Source: Planctomycetota bacterium | GTDB lineage: Bacteria > Planctomycetota > B15-G4 > JADJEK01 | Length of the DNA stretch: 64,000 nucleotides | Assembly (NCBI GenBank): GCA_044225365.1 | Contig: JBGAIQ010000003.1 | Span: 128,001-192,000, forward strand | Reading direction: 5' to 3' | Shown: positions 9,101 through 17,057 of the stretch, one piece after another | How positions within the stretch are numbered: position 1 is the first letter of the stretch | Layout: each line of letters opens with the position of its first letter | Position numbers and translations under genes: made by a program | The notes under the pieces: generated by a model | Told to the model about the DNA's origin: nothing | Seen by the model: the letters and a program-made list of their open reading frames with translations, nothing else | Database searches by the model: none

Positions 9101-9943
9101 GCCGTCGAGACCTCACGTCCACTCATCGACGCGGCCCATCACGAACTCATCGTCGAGATGCCGGCGAGGCCGATCTACGTGATGGCGGATCGTGTGCGGC
9201 TCGCGCAAATCGTCGCGAACCTGCTGAACAACGCGGCGAAGTTCACTCCCGACGGAGGCCGGATCGAGGTCCGGATCGAGGGTCGAGGCAAGGAAGTCGC
9301 GATTCGGGTGCGTGACAATGGCGTGGGGATCCCCCGCGAGATGTTGCCGCGGATCTTCGACCTCTTCACCCAAGTCGATCGAACGTTGCGGCTCACGCGG
9401 TCCGGCGTCGGGATCGGCCTCGCCCTCGTGAAGCGCCTCGTCGAACTCCACGGCGGAACGGTGGAAGCCCACAGCGACGGGCCTGACCAGGGCTGCGAAC
9501 TCGTAGTTCGACTCGCCACGGCGACGGAAACGACCGACGAAGCGTCGAGAATGCCCGCGATCCCGGCGCCGGCCCCGGCCGGACGCACGCACCGCGTGCT
9601 CGTGGTCGACGACCACCGAGATTCCGCGGAGAGCCTCGGAATCCTGTTGCGACTGATGGGCAACACCGTGGTGACCTGCGGTTCTGGCGAGGAGGCGCTG
9701 CGGATCGCGACGGAATTCCGGCCCGAGATCTTCTTCCTCGACATCGGTCTGCCCGACATGAACGGCTACGAACTCGCGGGACGATTGAAGTCCATCCCGG
9801 GATTCGAGAACGCTTATTTCGTCGCGCAGACCGGCTGGGGCCAGGAGACCGATCGCCGCCGATCGAACGAATCCGGCTTCCAGGCGCATCTCGTCAAGCC
9901 GATCGACATCGATCTGTTGAAGGAACTGCTGCAAGGGCTCTGA
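6173..9943 (+). CDS. Hybrid sensor histidine kinase CHASE3-PAS-GAF-PAS-GAF-HisKA-HATPase-REC
   Basis: AESSQRGYLIT (CHASE3) between two TM helices; IDDSAAPIR (PAS); LAHELRNPLAP H-box; NLLNNAAKFT, DNGVGI, GIGLAL; C-terminal VVDD..LDIGLP..KP receiver. Confidence 0.93.
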   Translation: MPNALRELSIDLTDAQGFGRRLRFWIALLLALFFVNGALTFFNNRNAVVDANNVSHTYTVLNEIDALWETLLTAESSQRGYLITLDEAFLSPLDSAESNCKARLDELTRITGDNPIQRDRIPKLRESVLERVRELKYVKDLRVASGTESVTARLPVGRALMSEIDSITTAMRAEEARLLGIRVASSNHTYEIGSLSAILEAIVGVVVLFLFSRLLRRHLHARVKATELLFVERERFQTTLSSIGDGVITTDIAGRVQFLNAVASELTGHSTESARGKGLEEVFVIVNEDTRKPVDNPAMRALREGCVVGLANHTVLIAKDGTERAIDDSAAPIRKEDGSISGAVLVFRDVSTRRAEERAQTESSRVMQLRIAIGDLLTSDLELDAGLIGCTDAFVRLVGAEFARIWLIDEQGTRLQLRATSGGDVALSGEDKIIQIGKSRFGEIAATRTPYWTNDVAAEAEFANREWSSGDLVQSIAGYPLVIEDRLLGVLGVFSNRPISQVLFDELELIADVIAQFIERKRVDENRLRLAALIENSSDAINIFDEHGKLMFVNRAASRLFARKAEESEKASMPAGIRDLLLEEDHPRFDSELLPAVLRDGHSQFEMRMRLAPSCGEGKGADVGSMGSDPAAPKEAAPAHVWMNCHAFAVLDSKGRRTGIGMVCRDVTQRRTTEQFLTESQEQYRLLAAQFHAANLKLQEEMAERALANEALERRSSQLQSITEIATRLNVVHDIPSVMNMITEGARRIVATRAGISIVSRGDRTDDRLVVASFSEDLASYRGRGEDFVNRRIHEAVYATKRVIRVSRDEIANESRWQTGSDAPDRNVPLADVIAAPIVGYDGTVLGALHLIDKTTGPFTSEDEAIVVQLALMGSVAIENARLYAELVDADRRKDEFLATLAHELRNPLAPIRNGLQILSITKNDTDAQITVRQMMERQVSMMVRLVDDLLDVSRITRGKIHLQVERLDLARAIRDAVETSRPLIDAAHHELIVEMPARPIYVMADRVRLAQIVANLLNNAAKFTPDGGRIEVRIEGRGKEVAIRVRDNGVGIPREMLPRIFDLFTQVDRTLRLTRSGVGIGLALVKRLVELHGGTVEAHSDGPDQGCELVVRLATATETTDEASRMPAIPAPAPAGRTHRVLVVDDHRDSAESLGILLRLMGNTVVTCGSGEEALRIATEFRPEIFFLDIGLPDMNGYELAGRLKSIPGFENAYFVAQTGWGQETDRRRSNESGFQAHLVKPIDIDLLKELLQGL

Positions 9944-10066
9944 GTCGCGCTTGGACGGACCGACTGAACGATCGGTGAGGATGTCCGACGATGCATCCGC
10001 GACTCGAACGGTCGCAGGCCTGGCAAAATCGTGAACGGTCATTCAGACGAATCGTGAATGGGTTGT

Positions 10067-11098
10067 TCACTCCGAAGGCGTAGCGCGCTGGAACTCGATC
10101 TCGAACCACGCGCTGCGTTCTCGTTCCGTAGCGAGGACCGTCGCGCCTGCGGCTTCGAGGTCTTCGATCGCGACGGCTTTGCGGATGGCGGACCTCGCCA
10201 TGGCACGGGGTTCCTCACGGATCGAGTCGAGATCGGCCACGCGCGGGATTCGAACCCGCACGCTCTCCTGCTTCTCCAGGATCTCGATCTCGATCTGGCC
10301 GCTCACACCGCGATCGACGGCATGAAGCAGGAGGTTGACGAGGCCGTGGCGGACGAGGTCGTGCCGCAGGAGCCACCGAATCGGATTCGCGGGTTCGCAC
10401 AGGTTGCACTCGACCGCCGCGAGCCGAAATACGGCTTGCAAGTCGGCGACGACCCGGCGCACGGTCTCCGCCAGGTCTGCGCTCTGAGGCTCCGGATCGG
10501 GAACGCTGAGAGTTCCGACGAACTCACTCGCCAACCGATCGATGCGCCGAATCTCCTCCCGCAAGGACGAGATGAGCTTCGATCGCCCGAACTCCGGATC
10601 GCCATCCAATGCGTCCGCCGGGGCCCGCTCGAGCAACGCGAGTTGGAGGTTCATCGCGTTCAGCGGCGTTCGGACGTCGTGACCGAATCGACGCGCGAGC
10701 CGCGCGACGTCCAACGCAGCAGCACTGGATCGCACGCTCTGTGCGGTGGCCGCGACGGCATCCTCGGATTCGACCCGAACCAGCGTGCCTCCTTCTTTCG
10801 TGGTCTCGCCGATCGCGGACAAGACGATTCGTGCGTCGCCTTCCGCGACGACGATCGCCCGCGTCCTCGGCTCCGCTCCGTTTGCGCTCGACACCGCACG
10901 AAGTTCTTCCGCGATCGCCCCATCGAGTTCCATCTCTCCGTCCAGGCGGAGGAGTCGACGAGCATTTTCGTCCATCCACGAACACTTCCGATCCGCGTCG
11001 ACGAAAGCGAGCCCCACATCGAGGTGCTTGCCCAATCGATCTAGGACCGATTTCATCCTATCATCACGGTGCATGGCGCTGGATCGCTCCCCCTCCAC
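10067..11098 (-). CDS. Degenerate histidine kinase-like protein (H-box intact, ATPase boxes lost); start uncertain
   Basis: FGHDVRTPLNAM H-box and EEIRRIDRL; N-box reads NLLLHA; no DxGxG or GxGL. Confidence 0.7.
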   Translation of the reverse strand: MEGERSSAMHRDDRMKSVLDRLGKHLDVGLAFVDADRKCSWMDENARRLLRLDGEMELDGAIAEELRAVSSANGAEPRTRAIVVAEGDARIVLSAIGETTKEGGTLVRVESEDAVAATAQSVRSSAAALDVARLARRFGHDVRTPLNAMNLQLALLERAPADALDGDPEFGRSKLISSLREEIRRIDRLASEFVGTLSVPDPEPQSADLAETVRRVVADLQAVFRLAAVECNLCEPANPIRWLLRHDLVRHGLVNLLLHAVDRGVSGQIEIEILEKQESVRVRIPRVADLDSIREEPRAMARSAIRKAVAIEDLEAAGATVLATERERSAWFEIEFQRATPSE

Positions 11099-11181
11099 AT
11101 TCGACGTAGCGGTCTCGTGGGCGGGAATGAGAGAAGATTCGGAGCGATCCTATCGAACGCACAGCTTGACCTGCCACGCCT

Positions 11182-11352
11182 TCACACGACCGATCGCGGA
11201 CCACGCCCCTGGACGATGGCAACGAGGAAGAAGATGAGGAACACCACGAACAGCACGCGAGCGATCTCGGAAGCCAGCCCGGCGACGCCGAAGAAGCCAA
11301 GGAAACCGGCGATCAAGGACACGAGAAGGAAGATCAAAGCCCATCGCAGCAT
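11182..11352 (-). CDS. DUF1328 (UPF0391/YtjA-like) small membrane protein
   Basis: MLRWALIFLLVSLIAGFLGFFGVAGLASEIARVLF signature; AGGAG SD. Confidence 0.93.
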   Translation of the reverse strand: MLRWALIFLLVSLIAGFLGFFGVAGLASEIARVLFVVFLIFFLVAIVQGRGPRSVV

Positions 11353-11496
11353 GACGTTCTCCTGAATTCGATCTCGCGCGTTCGAAGGACAGCGAGGTCG
11401 ACGAATCGGATCGGGGTGCGGGAATCGAGGACTCCCCGGCAACGGGGATCTCTGGTGAAAGAAAAAAGGCGCGCCCGTTCACCCCATCATGGATCG

Positions 11497-11513
11497 AGCG
11501 AAGGGCGCGCCCA
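11497..11513 (-). promoter_or_regulatory. Putative sigma54 promoter for DUF1328
   Basis: Minus strand TGGGCGCGCCCTTCGCT = GG-CGCG-N4-TCGC. Confidence 0.4.
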
Positions 11514-11664
11514 GTTCTGGACTACCGGAGAGTGACTCCGGTGATTGCGGGACTGGCGATCGAGGGGATCGATCGATCGCGGCCACTCGCAGACGATCGC
11601 CGATCGCGTCCAGGACGTCGGCGTCGTTCACCCAGCAATGCCATGAGTCGGATCGGGAAACCGC

Positions 11665-12672
11665 TCACGGATGCGTCATGTCACAGTGCTTGTGAATGTC
11701 CTTATCGAACATCGCGTCGACCCGCGCCGCCTGGTCGGAGCCGAGCACGCCGTGCTCGGGCTTCTTGTATTCGACGGCCGTCTCGAGTTCCGAGACCGAG
11801 CGATCGACGCTGTACGCAAGTTCGTTGCCGTTCTGATGCAGACAGATTCCGGCCACCGGAACGAGGATCGACTTCGATCCGACACCGAGCGTGCCACCGT
11901 GAGTCACGATGTAGTACGCAAGACCATGGTTCGCACGATCGACGATCGTCGTGTCGATCTTCCCGAACTTCTCGCCGCGAGCGAAGACGGGCGCTCCGTG
12001 GAGATCGCTTGCAAGGATGAGCTGCGGCGCCGCACAGGTCAGCGACTTCCCATCGACGGCGATCGCGGGACAATCCGCCACCATCTTGGAATCCTGCCCA
12101 CGACTGTCGTCATCGCGCCTCTCCTCCTTGTCGCCATCGCCCGCCGCGTGCGACGCGCTACCGGCGTGATGCGGGTCGATCGGGCTCGTCGGCCAGTACG
12201 CTTCGAGGTCGGCGCAATAGGCATCGAAGCCCTTCTTGCGCGCGGCCCCGACGTCGAAGCTCGGGAGCGACTTCAATTGCTCGTCACTCTGGCGGAGATC
12301 GAAGCACGCTTCGTCGACGTTCCAGCTCAACTGATCGCATGGGACCACGACGGTCTTGCCGCCGAAACCCAAGGTCTTGTCGAACGTGATCACGGTCCAG
12401 CACGCCGTGCCGTTGCAGCTGTCGACGAGCAGGTCGTCGACCTTGCCCGACGGGCGCGCGGGCGTGTCGCCCTCTTTCTTCGCGTCCTCGACCGCATCGG
12501 CACCTGGCGCCATCGAAACCTTCGCGCCGATCACGTCGCTCAGCTTGCAGTACTCGGGTGTCGTTCTGGGGTCCTTCACGCGTGAACCCGAACTCGATCC
12601 ATCGCCGCCTGCGAGCAGACTCGTCGAAGTCGCGAAAGCGAGCAGACCGACGGACATGGAGAACATCCTCAT
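11665..12672 (-). CDS. Secreted protein with two PRC-barrel domains
   Basis: Signal peptide; GKVDDLLVD..LGFGGKTVVVP and GKIDTTIVD..GGTLGVGSKSILVP; AGGAG SD. Confidence 0.8.
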   Translation of the reverse strand: MRMFSMSVGLLAFATSTSLLAGGDGSSSGSRVKDPRTTPEYCKLSDVIGAKVSMAPGADAVEDAKKEGDTPARPSGKVDDLLVDSCNGTACWTVITFDKTLGFGGKTVVVPCDQLSWNVDEACFDLRQSDEQLKSLPSFDVGAARKKGFDAYCADLEAYWPTSPIDPHHAGSASHAAGDGDKEERRDDDSRGQDSKMVADCPAIAVDGKSLTCAAPQLILASDLHGAPVFARGEKFGKIDTTIVDRANHGLAYYIVTHGGTLGVGSKSILVPVAGICLHQNGNELAYSVDRSVSELETAVEYKKPEHGVLGSDQAARVDAMFDKDIHKHCDMTHP

Positions 12673-12755
12673 GACTCTCTCCTGGTTGGTTTATCTCGTG
12701 GTTTCGAATCTCTCGGACACTCCGTCTGGAGTTACCGGGTCGAGGCGTCGGGTGC

Positions 12756-12959
12756 TCAGGGATCGTGGCGCTCCTTGAATTCCTTCCACTCCTTCTCCGC
12801 GCGGTCCTTCGCGTAGCCGTAGCGCTCCTGAAGGCGTCCGATCGCGGACTCCTGGCGACCTTCGATCTCCGCGAGATCGTCGTCGGTCAGCTTGCCCCAT
12901 TGTTCGCGAATCTTGCCCTTCAACTGCGTCCACTTGCCCTTCACAATGTCCTGATTCAT
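12756..12959 (-). CDS. CsbD family stress protein
   Basis: MNQDIVKGKWTQLKGKIREQWGKLTDDDL..G.LQERYG signature; AGGAG SD. Confidence 0.95.
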   Translation of the reverse strand: MNQDIVKGKWTQLKGKIREQWGKLTDDDLAEIEGRQESAIGRLQERYGYAKDRAEKEWKEFKERHDP

Positions 12960-13033
12960 GGCTCGCTCCTGTAATCGATTCGGGGTTCGATCCAATGCCG
13001 GCGGGGTCGGCTGCGTTCTTGCCGTTCGGGAGG

Positions 13034-13049
13034 TGCACGCCGCGTACCA
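13034..13049 (-). promoter_or_regulatory. Putative sigma54 promoter for the CsbD-PRC operon
   Basis: Minus strand TGGTACGCGGCGTGCA = TGG-TACG-N4-GTGCA. Confidence 0.6.
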
Positions 13050-13146
13050 CCCGAAGATCGAGCAAGGAATCAGGGGACGACGGGCGAGAGACCCCATGCG
13101 GGGGCGTTCACCCCGCGACGAGGAGGCCAGGGCGCAAGTGCAGCTC

Positions 13147-13162
13147 CGAAGTTTGTAGAAAC
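13147..13162. promoter_or_regulatory. Candidate upstream activator sequence (copy 2)
   Basis: CGAAGTTTGTAGAAAC, exact reverse complement of 15869-15884; ~100 bp upstream of the sigma54-like site. Confidence 0.6.
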
Positions 13163-13195
13163 AGAGCGCGGTTTCGACTTCCGACGAGTCTTCGC

Positions 13196-14719
13196 TCAGA
13201 GGGATTCGGACGCGTTGTAGACGCTGAGTCGCGTGTACAAGGTCTTCACGCTGATCCCGAGGACCTTCGCGGCGGTGCTCTTGTCGCCGCCGTAGTGCTT
13301 CAAGGTCGCAAGGATCAAAGCCTTCTCGGCGTGCGCGATCGTCGAACCCACCCGCACCCGAATCTCGTCACCCTCGCAGGCGGCGACATCGGGACCCACG
13401 GCCTTCGATGGTTCGTCGTCGAGACGAATGCAGGATCCATCGATCACGTCGTCGGCCATGATGAACGCGCGTTCGATGACGTTGCGCAACTCGCGGACGT
13501 TGCCGGGCCAAGGCTGGGCTTCGATCCACGCGCGGGCGTCGTCACCGAGCTTCTTCTTGGTGCCCGCCGCACGATTGTGCGTGGCTACGAACTCGTTCGC
13601 GAGGAGCACGGGATCGCCGGTTCGGGCGTGGAGAGGCGGGAGGTGCATCGGGAAGACGCGAAGGCGATAGAACAGGTCCTCGCGGAGCTTCCCTTGGCGA
13701 ATGGCGTCCTCGGGTGACCGATTGGTCGCGGCGATCATGCGAGCGTTCGTAGTGATCGTCTGCTCACCACCGACGCGGTTGAACGTCCGCGACTCGAGGA
13801 CCCGCAGGAGCTTCACCTGCAGATCCATCGGCATCTCGGTGATCTCGTCGAGGAACAGCGTGCCGTTCTGCGCGCGTTCGAACACGCCGAGATGCCGCCG
13901 ATCCGCGCCCGTGAATGCTCCTCGTTCGTGTCCGAAGAGTTCGCTCTCGATCAATGTCTGCGACACCGCGCCGCAATTGAGTGCGACGAAGGGCTCGCCC
14001 CGCCGCGTCGACAACTCGTGGATCGTCATCGCGACGAGTTCTTTGCCGGTCCCCGTCTCACCTTGCAACAGCACGGTCGCCTCGGTCGGGGCAACCCGCA
14101 GGATGCGGTGATAGAGCTTCAACATCTCGGGCGATCGCCCGACGAGTTTGGCGAATCGGCCGCTCTCTCTCGCATCGTCGAGCGATTCGGCCCGACTCTC
14201 CGCGCAACCCCTCGCGGCCGCGACGTCCTGCAGGATCTGGCGCAACCGCTCGACGTCGACCGGTTTCGTCAGATAGTCGAGCGCACCGTTCCGCAGGGCC
14301 ATCACCACGCTGTTCACCGTCGACTTGCCCGTGATGACGACGAGATCCGTCTTGTCGGTATCGATCTGCGACAGCATGGAAAGCCCGTCGCCGTCCGGGA
14401 GTACGAGGTCGCAGAGGATCACGTGTGGAGTACGTCGCTGGATCGCGACGGTCGCCTCTTCGAGACTGCTCGCGACGTCGACTTCGAATCCCTCCCGACG
14501 CGTCAGCGCAGTCATCGCTTCGCGCGTCGCGGAGTCGTCCTCCACCAATAGAGCGATTCGCGCCCCCGCCGGGGGCTTCTGTTCGCGATGGCGAGGAGCT
14601 GTCTTGGACTGAGGTTCGAGCGATTCGCTCGTCCCTACGGATTCGCGAGGTTGGTGGACCAAGATCCTACTCTCGCCCGTTTCGGGCATCCCGTCGTTCT
14701 CTGTTGTGCTGATGATCAT
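13196..14719 (-). CDS. Sigma54-dependent NtrC/AtoC-family response regulator (REC-AAA+-Fis HTH)
   Basis: VEDD/CDLVLPD/KP receiver; GETGTGKE Walker A; GAFTGA; LFLDEI; REDLFYRL; WPGNVREL; LGISVKTLY HTH. Confidence 0.95.
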   Translation of the reverse strand: MIISTTENDGMPETGESRILVHQPRESVGTSESLEPQSKTAPRHREQKPPAGARIALLVEDDSATREAMTALTRREGFEVDVASSLEEATVAIQRRTPHVILCDLVLPDGDGLSMLSQIDTDKTDLVVITGKSTVNSVVMALRNGALDYLTKPVDVERLRQILQDVAAARGCAESRAESLDDARESGRFAKLVGRSPEMLKLYHRILRVAPTEATVLLQGETGTGKELVAMTIHELSTRRGEPFVALNCGAVSQTLIESELFGHERGAFTGADRRHLGVFERAQNGTLFLDEITEMPMDLQVKLLRVLESRTFNRVGGEQTITTNARMIAATNRSPEDAIRQGKLREDLFYRLRVFPMHLPPLHARTGDPVLLANEFVATHNRAAGTKKKLGDDARAWIEAQPWPGNVRELRNVIERAFIMADDVIDGSCIRLDDEPSKAVGPDVAACEGDEIRVRVGSTIAHAEKALILATLKHYGGDKSTAAKVLGISVKTLYTRLSVYNASESL

Positions 14720-14783
14720 ACCCTCTCGACCTCCAAACGATCTGAATCGGTCGATCGATTCGCATCGCACGACCGCGGGAAGG

Positions 14784-14826
14784 ACCAAAGCCCGTGCCAT
14801 GAGATCTCTCGGCACGGCGCGTGCCG
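14784..14826. promoter_or_regulatory. Sigma54-like elements between divergent regulator genes
   Basis: Minus strand TGGCACGGGCTTTGG (14785-14799); near-palindromic CGGCACGGCGCGTGCCG (14810-14826) fits GGCACG-N4-GTGC on both strands. Confidence 0.5.
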
Positions 14827-14965
14827 GACGCTCCCCGACTCGACCCGAAGCTCTCCATCGGCTTCGCCGCGACCCGGGATGCCTCGTTGGGAACCTGCTG
14901 GGTTCCACGCGAAGAGCGGAGCCTTGTGAGCGGCGCGGACGAATCGAACGAGAAGAGCGTTAGGT

Positions 14966-15478
14966 GTGATGATGATCACGACGGAGCCTCCACGCAGTCT
15001 GCGGGCCGAATCCCGCGGTCCGATCGCGGACCCGACCAATTCATTGCCGTTCTCTCCGATCCCCTCCGCTGCACCCTCGCAGCCGGCGCCGGGGATCCCC
15101 GCGGCAACCATCCTCGTGGTCGATGACGATCGGAAGAGCGCGCTCGGACTGTCGCTCCTCCTGCGCCTCGATGGTCACGAAGTTCGAACGGAATACGACG
15201 GTGTTCAAGGCTGGCGAACCGCCGAACTCCATCATCCGGAAATCGCGATCCTCGATATCGAGCTGCCCGGAATCGACGGTCTCGAGATCGCGCGCAGGAT
15301 CCAGCGCACGGATTGGGGACGCAACGTGATGCTCATCGCGACCACCGGTCTCGGCGACCCCGAGGACATCGAGCGATCCCGTCTCGTCGGCTTCGATCAG
15401 CACTTCGTCAAACCGATCGATATCGAGGAGCTGCGACGCGCGATCCGTGCGCACGGCGGACGCACGAACGGGTCGTGA
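14966..15478 (+). CDS. Single-domain response regulator (REC) with Pro-rich N-terminus; start uncertain
   Basis: ILVVDDD, LDIELPGIDG, IATTG, HFVKP. Confidence 0.88.
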   Translation: MMMITTEPPRSLRAESRGPIADPTNSLPFSPIPSAAPSQPAPGIPAATILVVDDDRKSALGLSLLLRLDGHEVRTEYDGVQGWRTAELHHPEIAILDIELPGIDGLEIARRIQRTDWGRNVMLIATTGLGDPEDIERSRLVGFDQHFVKPIDIEELRRAIRAHGGRTNGS

Positions 15479-15520
15479 TGCCGCGGCAGGGAGGCGTTCG
15501 GCGCGAGCGAACGCGGGGAG

Positions 15521-15673
15521 TCAGAAGACCCGCAGCAGGAGGAAAACGATGAGGACGAGAACCAACAGTCCGCTCGGGGTGTACCCCCAACGTCGACTGT
15601 GCGGGTACACCGGAAGCGATCCGAACAGAAGGAGGAGCACGATGACGAGGATCAGGATGTTCTCGTTGGACAC
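15521..15673 (-). CDS. DUF3309 family small membrane protein
   Basis: GTG start with GGAG SD; ILILVIVLLLLFGSLPVYPHSRRWGYTPSG signature. Confidence 0.88.
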   Translation of the reverse strand: MSNENILILVIVLLLLFGSLPVYPHSRRWGYTPSGLLVLVLIVFLLLRVF

Positions 15674-15785
15674 GGTGGGATCTCCATGGAGGACGGCACC
15701 TCGTGTGGATCCCCTTCCCCGTGAGGGAAGGCGTTCTTCGTCGCGTCCCGGGTGCTCGAGGATCGCGGGAATCGAATCGAGCGAT

Positions 15786-15801
15786 TGCAAGGTTCGTGCC
15801 G
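15786..15801 (-). promoter_or_regulatory. Putative sigma54 promoter for DUF3309
   Basis: Minus strand CGGCACGAACCTTGCA, near-consensus GGCACG-N4-TTGCA. Confidence 0.75.
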
Positions 15802-15864
15802 CCCCCAGGCACGCCTCGGCGTTCGTCGACGCTCGCCCCGCCGCACTTCCGAGATCCGAAGGTG

Positions 15865-15884
15865 TGTGGTTTCTACAAACTTCG
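15865..15884. promoter_or_regulatory. Candidate upstream activator sequence (copy 3)
   Basis: TGT-GGTTTCT-ACA dyad plus AACTTCG; lies between divergent sigma54-like sites. Confidence 0.6.
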
Positions 15885-16050
15885 CGGGGCCCGCTCACGA
15901 AACGCAAGGACTCTCCCGTCGCGGATCGACCGATCGTCGATGGGCCGACCCGCCGAAGTCGTTCGCCGACCGCACCAGCCTCCCCGACTCCGGCCCGATG
16001 ACGACCGCAGGACCCGACCGGGCCTGTCCGGCGACGGTCGCCTCGAATCG

Positions 16051-16066
16051 CGGCATGGAGTTTGAT
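16051..16066 (+). promoter_or_regulatory. Putative sigma54 promoter for the ElaB-like operon
   Basis: CGGCATGGAGTTTGAT (GA instead of GC at -12). Confidence 0.45.
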
Positions 16067-16153
16067 TCCGCATCGACCTTGGACCGCTGGATCGCGCGCC
16101 GTTCGGCGCGGAGGGCGGCTCCCATTCACCCGCATGACCCCGGAGATCCGATC

Positions 16154-16432
16154 ATGAAAACCACGTTGAACGGCCGCTCGCGAACGACCCGCACGGACGA
16201 CGCCGCAGCTCGCGCCCATTTGAAGGAGGCGGCGACCTCCACCCGAGACGGTGTCATGGAGATGGGATCCGCGGCGAAGGAAGTCGCGCGCACGGAATTC
16301 GACCACCTCACTGCCCAATTCGGGACGTGGCGTGACGAGGCGCTCGAGAAGGTCGTCGAGAAGCCGCTGAAGTCACTGCTCATCGCGGCGGGAGCCGGCG
16401 TCGTCGTCGGACTGCTCCTGCGTCGCCGCTGA
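16154..16432 (+). CDS. DUF883/ElaB/YqjD-family tail-anchored protein
   Basis: Helical N-terminus; C-terminal VEKPLKSLLIAAGAGVVVGLLLRRR; GGAG SD. Confidence 0.85.
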   Translation: MKTTLNGRSRTTRTDDAAARAHLKEAATSTRDGVMEMGSAAKEVARTEFDHLTAQFGTWRDEALEKVVEKPLKSLLIAAGAGVVVGLLLRRR

Positions 16433-16502
16433 GACCTCGCGCTTCCCTTCCGATTTCTTCGCCGCCGAATTTCGGTGACGACGACGAGAACGACGCACCA
16501 GC

Positions 16503-17057
16503 ATGACTTCATCGGATTCCAACGATTCCGGAGTCGACGGCTTCGCCGGCATTCGTCCATCGGTGCCACTCGATCCGCCACAGCCCGCCTCCACGTCCGC
16601 GACGGAAGAAGAAAAGGTCTCCTCCCGAGCGGCCGCGGAACTCGCCGTAGCCCTTCGAGCCTTGAACCACGATCTACACGAGCTGGCGCGTCTCGCACTC
16701 ACCTATCTGAGCACGCTTGCGGACAAGGCCCGATGGGGAGTGCAGAGGCTCGCGCTCTCCATCGTCCTTTCCGCCATCTTGCTCGTCGTCGTCACCGTCT
16801 TCCTCTGTGCGTGTCTGCTGCGAGTTCTCGACGGCCTAGCAGGCGCGCTACTCGCCGCGAGCGGTTCGCCGTGGATCGCCGATCTCGCGGCCGGCATCAC
16901 CGGCGCGGGTCTGATCGCACTCATCGCAGTGTGGCGAATGCGTGTCCATGAGCGCGCCACGCTCGCCGCGCTGAAGGCCAAGTACGAGTCGACGAGTCCT
17001 CTGGTTCCCCCTGACGATCCTTCGCCGGTGCCGGATGCGAAAGGAGATTCGCCATGA
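16503..17057 (+). CDS. Two-TM membrane protein, YqjE-like position and topology
   Basis: Amphipathic helix then two TM segments; follows the ElaB-like gene. Confidence 0.65.
   Translation: MTSSDSNDSGVDGFAGIRPSVPLDPPQPASTSATEEEKVSSRAAAELAVALRALNHDLHELARLALTYLSTLADKARWGVQRLALSIVLSAILLVVVTVFLCACLLRVLDGLAGALLAASGSPWIADLAAGITGAGLIALIAVWRMRVHERATLAALKAKYESTSPLVPPDDPSPVPDAKGDSP

Noticed and set aside
11661-15898. Second recurring motif CCGCTCAC near island promoters
   Set aside because: Short GC-rich 8-mer, two copies coincide with stop codons, and spacing is inconsistent; chance cannot be excluded
16503-17057. Phage holin or prophage
   Set aside because: No phage genes nearby; context matches YqjE-like stress membrane proteins
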